From positions 92,502-156,501 of the forward strand of contig NIVC01002618.1 in the NCBI GenBank assembly GCA_002269645.1: a DNA stretch of 64,000 nucleotides, in the 5' to 3' direction. This DNA is from Macrostomum lignano (taxonomy: Eukaryota). Below the pieces are notes generated by a model, which was given only the letters and a program-made list of their open reading frames with translations, was not told where the DNA came from and searched no databases. The translations under genes and the position numbers were made by a program. Below are positions 1-13,100 of the stretch, piece after piece; positions within the stretch are counted from its first letter, which is position 1; each line of letters begins with the position of its first letter.

Positions 1-1020
1 TTAATGATCGATTTTCAGGATCTCTTTAATTATCGATTTTCAAGATCCCAATTTTTGATTTTCACGATCCCAATTATCTATTTTCAAGATCCCAATTATC
101 TATTTTCAAGATCCCAATTATCTATTTTCAAGGTCCCAATTATCTATTTTCAAGATCCCAATTATCTATTTTCAAGATCCCAATTATCTATTTTCAAGGT
201 CCCAATTATCTATTTTCAAAATCTCAATTATCGATTTTCAAGATCCCAATTATCTATTTTCAAGATCCCAATTATCGATTTTCAAGATCCTAATTATCGA
301 TTTTCAAGATCCCAATTATCGATTTTCAAGATCCTAATTATCGATTTTCAAGATCCCTTTAATGATCGATTTTCAGGATCCCTTTAATTATCGATTTTCA
401 AGATCCCAATTTTCGATTTTCAAGATCCCAATTATCTATTTTCAAGATCCCAATTATCGATTTTCAGGATCCCAATTATCTATTTTCAAGATCCCAATTA
501 TCGATTTTCAAGATCCCAATTTTTGATTTTCACGATCCCAATTATCTATTTTCAAGATCCCAATTATCTATTTTCAAGATCCCAATTATCGATTTTCAAG
601 ATCCCAATTATCGATTTTCAAGATCCTAATTATCGATTTTCAAGATCCCTTTAATGATGGATTTTCAAGATCCAAATTATCTATTTTCAAGATCCTAATT
701 ATCGATTTTCAAGATCCTAATTATCGATTTTCAAGATCCCTTTAATGATGGATTTTCAAGATCCAAATTATCTATTTTCAAGATCCCCATTATCTCTTTT
801 CAAGATCCCAATTATCGATTTTCAAGATCCCAATTATCGATTTTCAAGATCCCAATTATCGATTTTCAAGATCCCAATTATCGATTTTCAAGATCCTAAT
901 TATCGATTTTCAAGATCCCTTTAATTATCGATTTTCAAGATCCCTTTAATTATCGATTTTCAAGATCCCTTTAATTATCGATTTTCAAGATCCCTTTAAT
1001 TATTGATTTTAAGATCCTAA
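1..1020. repeat. 22-bp minisatellite (caagatcccaattatcgatttt)n, probably in a STIM intron
   Basis: Unit visible directly, about 45 copies with variants; runs off the left edge of the window. Confidence 0.95.
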
Positions 1021-1121
1021 TATTCGACATCGCTATCCTGTCTTAACTCTCAGAGCCAATATTAGAACATTTTGGATAAGTTTTAATTATACTAATCACA
1101 AGCCGCTCAATAATATTTCAG

Positions 1122-4100
1122 GTGAGTGCCTGGACGGAGCAGCAGGTCGGCCTCCCAGAACTGGCTGTTACAATGCGTCACCTGGGCATTGACGGTCCTC
1201 ACCTACCGTTGCTGACGGAACCGGGATCGCATCACCATCAGGCTCAGAGTCTGGCTCTGTCAGCCCTTCTGCGAGCTCTGACACCTGCGCAGCGGCGTAG
1301 GCTGGCGATCAAAGCCATGGACCTCGTTCTGTTCGGCCCGCCCAAGAGTGAGTGCGATTTTGGAGACTGTCGTTTTCGTTCGAGTTGTTCTTCTGCAAAT
1401 ATTGGTGCTGGGTTTTGAGGGGTCACTGGTGGTTGTAGGAGGTTAGGGTTGTGATTTTAGGGGGGGGTCGGGTAGTGATTGTAGGTGGGGTCAGGATGGT
1501 GATTGTAGGAGGTCAGGGTGGTGATTGTAGGGGGGTCAGGATGGTGATTGTAGGGGGTCAGGATAGTGATTGTAGGGAGGTCAGGATAGTGATTGTAGGG
1601 AGGTCAGGATAGTGATTGTAGGGAGGTCAGGATGGTGATTGTAGGGGGTCAGGATGGTGATTGTAGGAGGTCAGGGTGGTGATGTTAGGGGGGGTCGGGT
1701 TGTGATTGTAGGTGGGGTCAGGATGGTGATTGTAGGAGGTCAGGGTGGTGATTGTAGGTGGGTCAGGATGGTGATTGTAGGGGGTCAGGATAGTGATTGT
1801 AGGGAGGTCAGGATAGTGATTGTAAGGAGGTCAGGATAGTGATTGTAGGGAGGTCAGGATGGTGATTGTAGGGGGTCAGGATGGTGATTGTAGGAGGTCA
1901 GGGTGGTGATGTTAGGGGGGGGGGTCGGGTAGTGATTGTAGGTGGGGTCAGGATGGTGATTGTAGGGGGGTCAGGATGGTGATTGTAGGGGGGTCAGGAT
2001 GGTGATTGTAGGGGGGTCTTGACTTAGCTGCAGGGCTGTCCCGGAGGGGACACAGCGGGAAGGCGCGGGCGCCCATTCCGCTAGTCCCTGAACGGCCGAC
2101 GCGTCGCTATGGACGGAGGGTTGGCGCCGCCCAGGGAGGTCCCCCAGTGTCGCCAGCAGCTATGGTGCTCTCTGGAAAGGAGAGTTCAGCCCTGCGGGTG
2201 GCCCGAAGGTAGCGCATGAGCTGATTAAAGTTTTCGGGTTTGCACGCTTCAGTAATAGATGTGTGTGGCCCGAGGTAAGTGAGTCTGGCCCGCGTGAAGG
2301 CGGGACAGATGCTGACGAAATGCTCAGCGGTTTCGTCACCTGAGTTGCAGAAACTACAGGTGGCGTTGGTGGCGTTGCCCTGCAGGTACTGGTGCCTGGA
2401 GAAGCAGCCGTGACCAGAGAGGGTCATGGTGGCAGCCCGGATGTCTCTGCGCGAGAGGCGCAAGAGGAGCTTCCGGAGCTGGTGAGAGGGCTGAGGGACA
2501 GCGCCTCTGGATTGCCTGCAGTTCGTGCGGTTCGCCCAAGTCGAGCGGTGCTGAGTCCTGATCCACGCTTTGATGCGCGAGTCGATGACACAGCCAGGAA
2601 TCGGGACAAGAGGTTCGGGGCCGAGAGAGGAGCCGGAGGCACCAACTTTTGCAAGGGTGTCAGCCAACTCATTTCCTCGGATCCCCACATGCCCCGGAAC
2701 CCACTTAAGGGTAATTTTGTTGGCGGAACCCAACACATTGAGGAGTTTGATACAGTCAAGGACTGTAGCAGAGTTGGTGCTGCAGCCACTGATGGCGTGC
2801 AAGGCAGCTTGGCTGTCCGAATGGAAAATGATGTTCTTACCAGTAACGCCAGTGGCGAGAAGCTCTGCAGTGCAGGAGCTGATGGCCAGAACTTCATTTT
2901 GGAAAACACTGGAGTTGACCCCAGTGTATTGAGCGTGGGTAGCGATGACCCTCCCGTTCAGAAAGATTCCAACACCAAAGCCGGTGTTGGCTGACTGCTT
3001 AGAACCGTCGGTGTAGCAATGAAGCTCACCAGGGTTCCAATGGTCATTGATGTTATCGCGCGAGTCGATAGCTACGGAGTAGCGCTGTCTCAGGTTGAGC
3101 GTTGAGGCAATGCCATCGGTGAAGACGCGATTGGCCTGACACTCGTTGAGAAAGTTGAGGCACAGATCGCTATGCGGGACAAGGTTCCGCTTAGCAGGTG
3201 CTCTCATGTAAATGAATTTGACGCCGGCATCAATTAGACGCCGCGTCGTTCTAGCCGCCTCACCCCTGATGAAGAGGTCAAGAGGCGGAAGATTAAGAAA
3301 GGCCCCCATGCCAGCAAAGGGCGTGGACCTGGTGGCGTTGCAGATGAGCCTACACGCTCTGCCTTGGATCGTGTTGAGCAGGTCTGCATGGCTTTTGACC
3401 TGGGTAGCGCTAACCCAGACAACAGAGGCGTACGTAATGGCAGGTCTAACTACGGAAGTATAGATCCACCAAAGCCGCTTTGGGGATAGACCCCAAGAAG
3501 TGCCAAGTGCTCGTCGGAGCTGGGCCAGGATGGCTGAGGCACGCTTAGCTTTTGCTTTCACGTGGAAGGACCAGTTGAGCCGGTGGTCAAGTGTGACCCC
3601 GAGACATCTGGTCTGGTGCGCGAAGGCAATATCTCTGCCGTAGAGCTGCAGAGGACGTATGTTCCAGCGTAGTCTGCTGGTAAACATAATGGCAACGGTT
3701 TTGGGCTCAGAGAGTTCCAAACCATTGTCATTGGCCCAGGATTCTGCTTTGCGGATAAAGCTCTGCATCAGATCCCTGAGCGTGCTGGGAGACGGTCCTG
3801 CCACAATGGCCGTGACGTCATCAGCATACCCGACTTTGAAGACGGGGTCAGGTCGGGAGTCACTCAGAAGAGCGTCCATGACCAGGTTCCAGAGCGTCGG
3901 GGTGAGGACTCCGCCTTGGGGTCCACCCTTACAGACTCTGGTGGAGGCAGTTTGCCCAAGAAGTTGGGCAGTGACCGTACGGTTGGAGATCATGTACATG
4001 ATCCACCGTATGAGGGTAGCATGAGCTTTGCGATTTTGAAGGGCCCTCTGAAACGCTTCAAAGATAACGTTGTCGAAGGCGCCAACAATGTCAAGAAAGA

Positions 4101-7100
4101 GAGCCAGGGCGTAACCGTCACCCAGTACCGCCCGTTCAATCTTTTCGACAATCGCATGCAGGGCGCTGTCAGTCGACCTCCCGGTACGGAAGGCGTGCTG
4201 ATTATTGCTGAGGGGCATCGCTGTCAGCTCGCAGGAGAGCAGCCGCCAGAGAATAAGCCTCTCAGTGAGCTTAAGCATTGCTGACGTTAAGCTAATTGGC
4301 CGGAAGGCCTTGACGCTTTGGTAGTCACCCTTCCCAGGTTTGGGAATAAAGACTACTCGAGCTTCAGTCCAGCTTTTGGGAACGTATCCCAGCTGGATAG
4401 AGGCCCGCATAAGATTGCGGGTGAGTCTCAGGAACGAGGGTATCTTGGCTGCTTCACGAAGGAGAACAGGGTAGATACCATCAGGTCCAGGAGATTTGAA
4501 GGGTTTGAAGGTTCTGACCGCACGAGCGATTAGGTCTTCAGTGACAATGCCCGCCGCTAGGGTGGCTCCATCCATCGAATGGTTGGGCTCCGGTCTAGCA
4601 GTAGGTACCCTCGGGAAGAATGTGCTAAGCATATGCTGAAGCACTTCTTCAGGGTCTTTAGTAAGAGAGCCATCATCTTTTTTCATCATGGCTAATTTGG
4701 ACATTTTGTCCATTGTAAGGGCCTTGACAAGCCTAGAAGTAGGTCTGTCTTGATCCAATTCATTGCAGAATTGGCGCCACTTACATTCCTTGGCCTTGCG
4801 CACTTCAGATTTGAAATTGCGGGAGGCTTGCCGGAAAAGCTCCATGTCCTCCGGGTTTCCGGTCTTCATGGCACGGCGATGAAGGCTTTTGGCCTTCCGC
4901 CTGAGTTTCCCCAGCTCCGGGTTCCACCACGGCGCCGAGGTCTTGCCTCTGTAGGCGCGAGCAGGACAAGCCGCTTCGTAGGCTGCAATAATGCAACCTG
5001 TCAGCGTCTCAGCCATATGATCCACATCCTCGCAGGTCTCAATCGGACGTAAGTCCGTGAGTTCCTGCAGGTGCAGATCAAGGGCAGCCTTGTAGGCCGC
5101 CCAATCAGTGTTGCGGATATTGCGTCTCCAAGTGATCGGAGACTGGGTTTTAGTGTCCGCGATATTAAAGGCATAAAGCAGTGGTCAGACAGGGAGGGCT
5201 CCTCAGACCAGACTCTCCACTCCTTGACTCTGTCAAAGAGTCTTGGGGTAACGAGTGTGGCGTCGAGGACCTCGGTCCATCTGCCATTATTAAAGGTAGG
5301 AGTGCTGCCGCGGTTGCAGAGCATGAGGTTTGTGTTAGAGATGAGGGCCAGAAGCTCCTCTCCTCTAGTGTTGGTATCTTTGCTGCCCCAGTGCTTGTGG
5401 TGCGCGTTGAGGTCGCCCCCTAAGCACAGCTCAGCGTTCTGGGACTCGCAGTACTGCGCAAGGCGCAGTAAACTCTCGGGAGCAGGGTCTCTGTCGCCTG
5501 GGATATAAACCGAGGCAACAAGACACGTACGCGGAGAGAAATGATTAGATTGGATGACGCAAAGGTCTCCATCAGAGAGATCAGTCCTCAGCCAAGCCTG
5601 GAGATGGCTAGCAGCGAGGATAGCCGCTCTAGGGCGGCTGTTCCCCGGGCCACACACATAAAAATCAGAGTAGCCAGAGGGAATGTTGGGCAACTTACCG
5701 TTGCGCATCCAGGGTTCCTGGATCAGGATGAGGCCTGGCCTGTACAGCTCAGCAATCTTCATCAGATTTACTGACGCAGATACGCAATGCTGTAAATTTA
5801 TTTGCAGACAGAATGTCGCTCCTTTGGCAGCGTGGAGCTTAGTCATACTGTATTAAATGCAATATCTGGCTAGAGCCCAGGGCATCAAGGAGACTTGGAC
5901 AACAGATCGTCCTCGTCCCAGGCCGCTGGGGCTTGACTGGGAGATGGGAGTTGGTCGACGTCCATGGCCTCCTCACCCCCACCGGCCCCCCCAGCAGAGT
6001 CCTCAGGCTCCGATGACAGGATGGAGGAAGCTTCCTCACCTGCATCTTTACCTTCAGACCCCACCAAGGTGGCCGAGGAGAGCTCGGATTCCGAAGACCC
6101 GGCCTCGTCCTCAACTCCTTCTCCGACTGGCAGGTTTGGTTCCCGGGGCTCGGCCGGAGCCGTTACCGCGGTCGCCGAACTGCTGCTAGCAGAGGGGCGA
6201 GATGCAGCTTTGGCTTTGGGATCGGCTTGCGCCTTTCCTTGGGCCTTAGACTGCGCCCCGCTCTTGCCGGAGATGCCGGGGTTGGCAGTAGCCTTCCCTT
6301 TGGCAGACTTTCCTCGGCGCAACTTGAGCTTGAGGGCACCCAGCTGGAAAGAGGATCCATTAGGGTACCGACTCGCCCAAGTGCTGGAAAGGCCGAGGAC
6401 AATTGAGTTGCCCGTCTCCCCCCTGCGGACTTTACGGTGATACACCAGTCCACTAGCAGGGAGGTCGGGGTTCAGACGCAGTAGGACCCGGCGAATAACG
6501 TCTGGTCCAGCTGCGGTGCTCTTAGCAGGGACGAAAACCACATAGGGTATCGTCTTTGGACGCTGGCCCTCGCGAAGAAAAAGAGCTCCGCCAAGGTCAG
6601 CATCCAAGGAGACCGTCGGTAGCCGCTGGAGCAGCCGCCGAGCGTCCTCCTCGCTGCTAGGAGCAATAAGAACGAATGTGCTTCGCAGCACCATCCGCTC
6701 AACGCCGATGGAGATTCCCTCCTCGACAGTCAGCTCAATCAGATAGGAGTCAACAGCACTCCACACTTTTTGAAGCTGATCAGTGGTCCAGTCCTGGTCG
6801 CGACCTTGGATGATCACTCCCGGGATTTTGGCCTTGGCCTTCGCCGCAAAGGTAGCTCCCGAAGGAACCTCCTTGTTGGCAGTGGCCATTTGTTGCGCCG
6901 TGGTTTCGGCCTCAGCAGCCGCGGCAGCAGCTCCAGGGAGCGCCGCCGCTGAACTACTGGAGCTTCCACCGGCCGGCCCGCCTGGTTGCCTTGGGACTCC
7001 AGTCGCTTCAGCATCCATGGTGGACGCCGCCGCTTTGGCCCCCGCAGCTCCCTTCTTGGCCTGCCTTTTGGCGCGTTGTTTAGCGCGTTTGCGCTCAAGC

Positions 7101-10100
7101 CGAGCCCGCTGAGCTTCATCGGATCTGCCAGATTTGGCCGGTCCTTTAGGCTCAGAGCTCGCGGTTCCCTTAGATCCACCAGCGGAGCTGGCAGGTCTTA
7201 GGGTATTTTGAGTTTGGTAGCTCTGGTCGGATCTGCCAGCAGAGCCAGCCGGTCCTTCCTTTGCCACAGTTGAATCAGTCGGTTGGGATCTGCCAGCAGG
7301 GCCGGCCGGTCCTTCGGACTGAGGTTGGGGTTTAGAAGGGTCCCCATCCCTAGAAATAGCTTGTTTATCCATAGTCGGCTCGAAGGCCATGATAGAAGGT
7401 TGGTGGGCTACCCTCAAAGGGGCGCGGTACCCACCCGGCCGCTCCACCTGACCGGGCAGTAGGCCAATAGCACCCTCAAGGCTGGCCCGACACCAGGAGG
7501 GGGACCGCTTGCGACCGGACTACTCCCCGGCCTTCCAGCCCATCGGCACGGTCAACACCTTAGGCATTAGAGAGTACGTTGAGCAGTACCACGGCCTGCA
7601 GGTTGGCGAGCCAGACCCGCATACCCAAATTCGGCCGAAGCCACTGGATAGGGTCGCCAGCGCCGGAGCCCAGTCTGTCCAGCAGCCCTAGGGACTGCCT
7701 TGAACACACGCGGGGACGAGTACCCTGGGTCGACTTGCGAGACAGCGTGGGGGGGGGTCTGCGGCTGCCAGAGGCAAATAGAGGGTGCAGACCTCCCACC
7801 AGCCTTGACCTGCTGAAGATAGGGGCAGGCGTGAAGCATCGCAGACCTTAGCCCATGGGCCTAGTCTGTCTCATACTTCACTGGCATGCTGAATACGCCT
7901 TCGCGTGAGGTTAGGGTTGTGATTTTAGGGGGGGGGTCGGGTAGTGATTGTAGGTGGGGTCAGGATGGTGATTGTAGGAGGTCAGGGTGGTGATTGTAGG
8001 GGGGTCAGGATGGTGATTGTAGGGGGTCAGGATAGTGATTGTAGGGAGGTCAGGATAGTGATTGTAGGGAGGTCAGGATAGTGATTGTAGGGAGGTCAGG
8101 ATGGTGATTGTAGGGGGTCAGGATGGTGATTGTAGGAGGTCAGGGTGGTGATGTTAGGGGGGGTCGGGTTGTGATTGTAGGTGGGGTCAGGATGGTGATT
8201 GTAGGAGGTCAGGGTGGTGATTGTAGGTGGGTCAGGATGGTGATTGTAGGGGGTCAGGATAGTGATTGTAGGGAGGTCAGGATAGTGATTGTAAGGAGGT
8301 CAGGATAGTGATTGTAGGGAGGTCAGGATGGTGATTGTAGGGGGTCAGGATGGTGATTGTAGGAGGTCAGGGTGGTGATGTTAGGGGGGGGGGTCGGGTA
8401 GTGATTGTAGGTGGGGTCAGGATGGTGATTGTAGGGGGGTCAGGATGGTGATTGTAGGGGGTCAGGATGGTGATTGTAGGGGGGTCAGGATGGTGATTGT
8501 AGGGGGTCAGGATGGTGATTGTAGGGGGGTCAGGATGGTGATTGTAGGGAGGTCAGGATGGTGATTGTTGGGGGCGTCATTATGGTGATTGTAGGTGGGG
8601 TCAGGATGGTGATTGTAGGGGGGTCAGGATGGTGATTGTAGGGGGTCAGGATGGTGATTGTAGGGGGGTCAGGATGGTGATTGTAGGGGGGGTCAGAATG
8701 GTGATTGTAGGGGGGTCAGGATGGTGATTGTAGGGGGGTCAGGATGGTGATTGTAGGGGGGTCAAGATGGTGATTGTAGGGGGTCAGGATGGTGATTGTA
8801 GGTGGGGTCAAAGTGATGATTGTATGGAGAGTCAGGATGGTAATTGTAGGGGGTCAGGACTCTAGGGTTCAGGACAATGGCAGAAAAGTGGGGTCAGGAT
8901 GCAGTCACAGGGGAGGTCAGTGAATGCCCACCCCTGTCCCGCAGAGGCGCACAGCATAGTGAAGGATGGACTGCTGGCCCTGCTGCTGGTGATCATCCTG
9001 GCAGGCAGCTGGCTGGTGCTGGTTCAGCGACAGTTCTTCGAAGATCACCGCCTGAAAGTGGTGGACAACTTGAAGATTGCGGAACAGTCGCTGACTGATT
9101 TGCAGCTCAAGTGAGAGCGAAATTTATTGCTTGACTGTGATCGCGAATTATAAACTTGTCAATCAGTCAATCGTTGCGAATCTTGCCAACCAATCGCAGG
9201 TTGAACACCGCAGAGAAGCGCAGCGAAAAAGTTCGAGCCGAGAAAGTGCAGCTTGAAGAGCTGTACAAGAGAGAGATCTGCGGCCTGAAGGTTGGTCTGA
9301 ATTTCTTCCGGTCTCCGCTGGTGCCTTTCTCTGCCCTCTGCTTCCGCCCCTCTTCTGCCCCCTCCTCTTCCCCCCTCTTCTTCCGCCCTTCTTCCCCCTC
9401 TGCTTCCGCCCCTCTTCTGCCCCCTCCTCTTCCCCCTCTTCTTCCGCCCCTCTTCTGCCCCTCTTCTTCCACCCTTTTTCTGCCCCTCCTCTTCCCCCTC
9501 TTCTTCCCCCTCCTCTTCCCCCTCTTCTTCCCGCTTTTCTTCCCCCTCTTCTTCCGCCCCTATTCTTCCGACACTTCTGTCTCTTTTCCTCCTATCCATC
9601 CGCCCCTCTTCCCACCGTTCTCTTTCCGTCCCCACTTTATTTCATCCGCTGTTTTCCTCCCTCTGTTTTCGCATTTTTCTCACCCATCCCGCACCGCACA
9701 GCAGGAACAAGCCAGCCACTGGAGCCGTTCTCGCTGGCTGCCTGGTAGCCAATCAGATTCCACCGGCCAATCAGCTCAGGGTCACGTGACCGTACCGGCT
9801 GACCAATCGGAGCCAGCCGGGCTGCAAGAAAAACTGGAGCAGGCGGAGCAGGAGGTCAGCCGGTTGCGAGTGCTATTGGATCAAACCGCTCGATTGCAGC
9901 AGCCGGTTGGCTTCTGCGGCGCTGGCGGAGCGGAGCTGCAACATCTGCTGCAGATGAGCTACGAGACTGAGCTGCGCTACTGCAATGCCAACCGGTTGAA
10001 GGCCGAGGAACAGCTGCTGAAGGCTTCCGAAGGGGTGAGTCTCGGTTTGTAGCTTTGCTCTGCTCTTCTATGCTGACTTTGGTGCTGCAATGTGGATTCT

Positions 10101-13100
10101 GTCCTTTTTGGGGTTGGGATTTGGGATTCGTGTTTTTAGGGATTTGGGGTGTTGGGATTTGGGATTCGTGTTTTTAGGGATTCGGGGTGTTGGGATTTGG
10201 GATTCGTGTTTTTAGGGATTTGGGGTGTCGGGATTTGGGATTCGTGTTTTTTTTAGGGATTTGGGGTGTTGGGATTTGGGATTCGTGTTTTTAGGGATTC
10301 GGGATGTTGGGATTTGGGATTCGTGTTTTTAGGGATTTGGGGTGTTGGGATTTGGGATTCGTGTTTTTAGGGATTTGGGGTGTTGGGATTTGGGATTCGT
10401 GTTTTTAGGGATTCGGGGTGTTGGGATTTGGGATTCGTGTTTTTAGGGATTCGGGGTGTTGGGATTTGGGATTCGTGTTTTTAGGGATTCGGGGTGTTGG
10501 GATTTGGGATTCGTGTTTTAGGGATTCGGGTGTTGGGATTTGGGATTCGTGTTTTTTGGGATTCGGGGTGTTGGGATTTTGGATTCGGGGTGTTGGGATT
10601 TGGGATTCGTGTTTTTAGGGATTCGGGGTGTTGGGATTTGGGATTCGTGTTTTTAGGGATTCGGGGTGTTGGGATTTGGGATTCGTGTTTTTAGGGATTT
10701 GAAGTGTTGGGATTTGGGATTCGTGTTTTTAGGGATTCGGGGTGTTGGGATTTTTAATTCGGGGTGTTGAGATTTGGGATAAGGGTGTTGGGATTTGGGA
10801 TTCGTGTTTTTAGGGATTCGGGGTGTTGGGATTTGGGATTCGTGTTTTTAGGGATTCGGGATGTTGGGATTTGGGATTCGTGTTTTTAGGGATTCGGGGT
10901 GTTGGGATTTGGGATTCGTGTTTTTAGGGATTCGGGGTGTTGGGATTTGGGATTCGTGTTTTTAGGGATTCGGGATGTTGGGATTCGTGTTTTTAGTGAT
11001 TCGGGATGTTGGGATTTGTGTTTTTAGGGATTCGGGGTGTTGGGATTTGGGATAAGGGTGTTGGGATTTAGAATTCTGGGTGTTGGGATTCTCGGTTTTG
11101 GGATTTAGTCATTGGGATTTGGGATTTAATTTTAGGGATTTGGGATTCTAGGTGTTGGGATTTGGGATTCTAGGTGTTGGGATTTAAAATACAAGTTGTT
11201 GGGATTGTGGGTGTTGGGATTTGGAATTCTGGGTGTTGGGATTTGGGATTCAAATTGTTGGGATTTGAAATACAAATTGTTTGGATTTGGGAAGGTTTAT
11301 TCTGACGGCACTGTGTAATCAGGTATATTTATTCTGCGAGCTGAGCGCACCCCAGTTTTAAAAAATCCCCACTGCATAAATTTGCTTCCCCAACAAAAGC
11401 TGAACCGCCTCACCAAGAAGCGCACGGGCCTTCTTGCCGGATTCCGCCTGAGCCACTGCGGCTCGTTCGACCAGCTGGAGACCAGCATAGCCTTGGCTAG
11501 GTACACTTGAAGGTCACCAATCTGTCTCGCTCCCCTCCTCACTTAGTTAATATTTATAAATTGTTGTCTTCTATTATTTGTACCCTGTTTAGCATTTTAG
11601 TACAAAATGTTTAGCAAATCTGCATTTATTTGTTCATAGTTTTGTTGCTATTTTATACAATTGATTCCGATCAATATGTTGTATTCTTTTTAGAATTAAT
11701 TTTAGTTTATTATTAAATTGCCAAATTGCATGTTTATTCGGAGAAAATCAATTTTTAGCCTAGGTGTCTACTTACAGTAGGCAGACTAGCTCAGTAGCAC
11801 TATAATTCACAGAATTTGAACTGTCTGATTCCAGTTGGATAGGCTGAAACGCAAGCAATACTCTGTCATTGGCTTGTTTCGCAATGCTTTCGACTCGGCT
11901 GAGATGGTGGACATTGTTGAGCAGGACATTGTTAGGGCTAAGTAAGAGAGCTCGAGTGAGCGCTCAATTGAGCTGCTCCGCTTTGGCTTAACATTATTTT
12001 TTACTTTGTGCTACAAGTTTCTTATTACTGAGGTGTCATGGTTTTATCGCTTAGCATTTGTGGCTGAAGTGGCGCTTTTTACTTATTGAAATCGTGTGAA
12101 GCACCCAAGTACCGAATATAATGCCTCTTGTGTGTCTGAAACCTGAAACTCAGCCTCTGATGTCTATAGCCTGAACCTTCCGATAGCCTGAACCCTCAGA
12201 TAGCCTGAAACCTCAGATAGCTTGAACCCTCATATAGCCTGAACCCTCCGGTAACCTGAACCCTCCGGTAACCTGAACCATCCGGCAACCTGAACCCTCA
12301 GATAGCCTGAACCGTCCGGTAACCTGAACCCTCAGATAAACTGAACTCTCAGACAACCTGAACCCTCAGATAACCTGAACCCTCAGATAACCTGAACCCT
12401 CAGATAACCTGAACCCTCAGATAACCTGAACCCTCAGATAACCTGAACCCTCAGATAACCTGAACCCTTAGATAACCTGAACCCTCAGATAACCTGAACC
12501 CTCAGATAACCTGAACCCTCAGATAACCTGAACCCTCAGATAACCTGAACCCTCAGATAACCTGAACCCTCAGATAACCTGAACCCTCAGATAACCTGAA
12601 CCCTCAGATAACCTGAACCTGCCTCCTTCATCAACATAGCTGGTCGCAAGGCATTGAGCTCAGTAACCGCAATAAGCACTCACTAACACTAACACTAAAA
12701 CACTAACTTTCGCTGGCTACAATAATTTTCTATAATTTCATAACCAACATTAACCTGGAATTAAGCTCAGCTAAGCTTTGAAAACAATAAAATTTGAGTT
12801 TCTCATTTCAAATTTTATTCAATGCCCGCAGAGAATTCGCCGACAAAGTGAAGCTGGACATTCAGGAGCGACTTCAGCGCTGGTCAAGAATTGAACAGTT
12901 GATAGGATTCAGCATCATCCTGCCCGAGCCTGAGCAGGGCAGAGGTCTGTGCTCACCCGGTTGTCGTGCAGGATTGTGTGCTTGTGTGCTTTTTAAATCC
13001 TTTTGGGTGGTTTTGGATTGGTTGGCTACAATATTTAGAATTCTCATTCATATTGGCAATGTGACTGTGTACTAGGTCATAGAGGCTAATGAGTCATAGA

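Larger units (their letters stand above)
2019..7906 (-). mobile_element. Apparently full-length non-LTR retrotransposon (LINE), LOA/R1 group, antisense in a STIM intron
   Basis: Contains a 5' UTR, ORF1 and ORF2 (APE, RT, RNase H, CCHC). Sharp junctions with the host minisatellite on both sides. Clade assignment rests on recalled motif similarity. Confidence 0.93.

Noticed and set aside
1439-1452. TTAGGG telomere-like seed at the start of the array
   Set aside because: A single hexamer with no telomeric tract.
5171-5177. Programmed ribosomal frameshift in ORF2
   Set aside because: No slippery heptamer, and it falls within ORF2 just after the APE domain; a 1-nt deletion or sequencing error is simpler.
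2354-7201. Many plus-strand and alternate-frame ORFs over the LINE
   Set aside because: Shadow ORFs of GC-rich ORF1 and ORF2 with no recognisable motifs.
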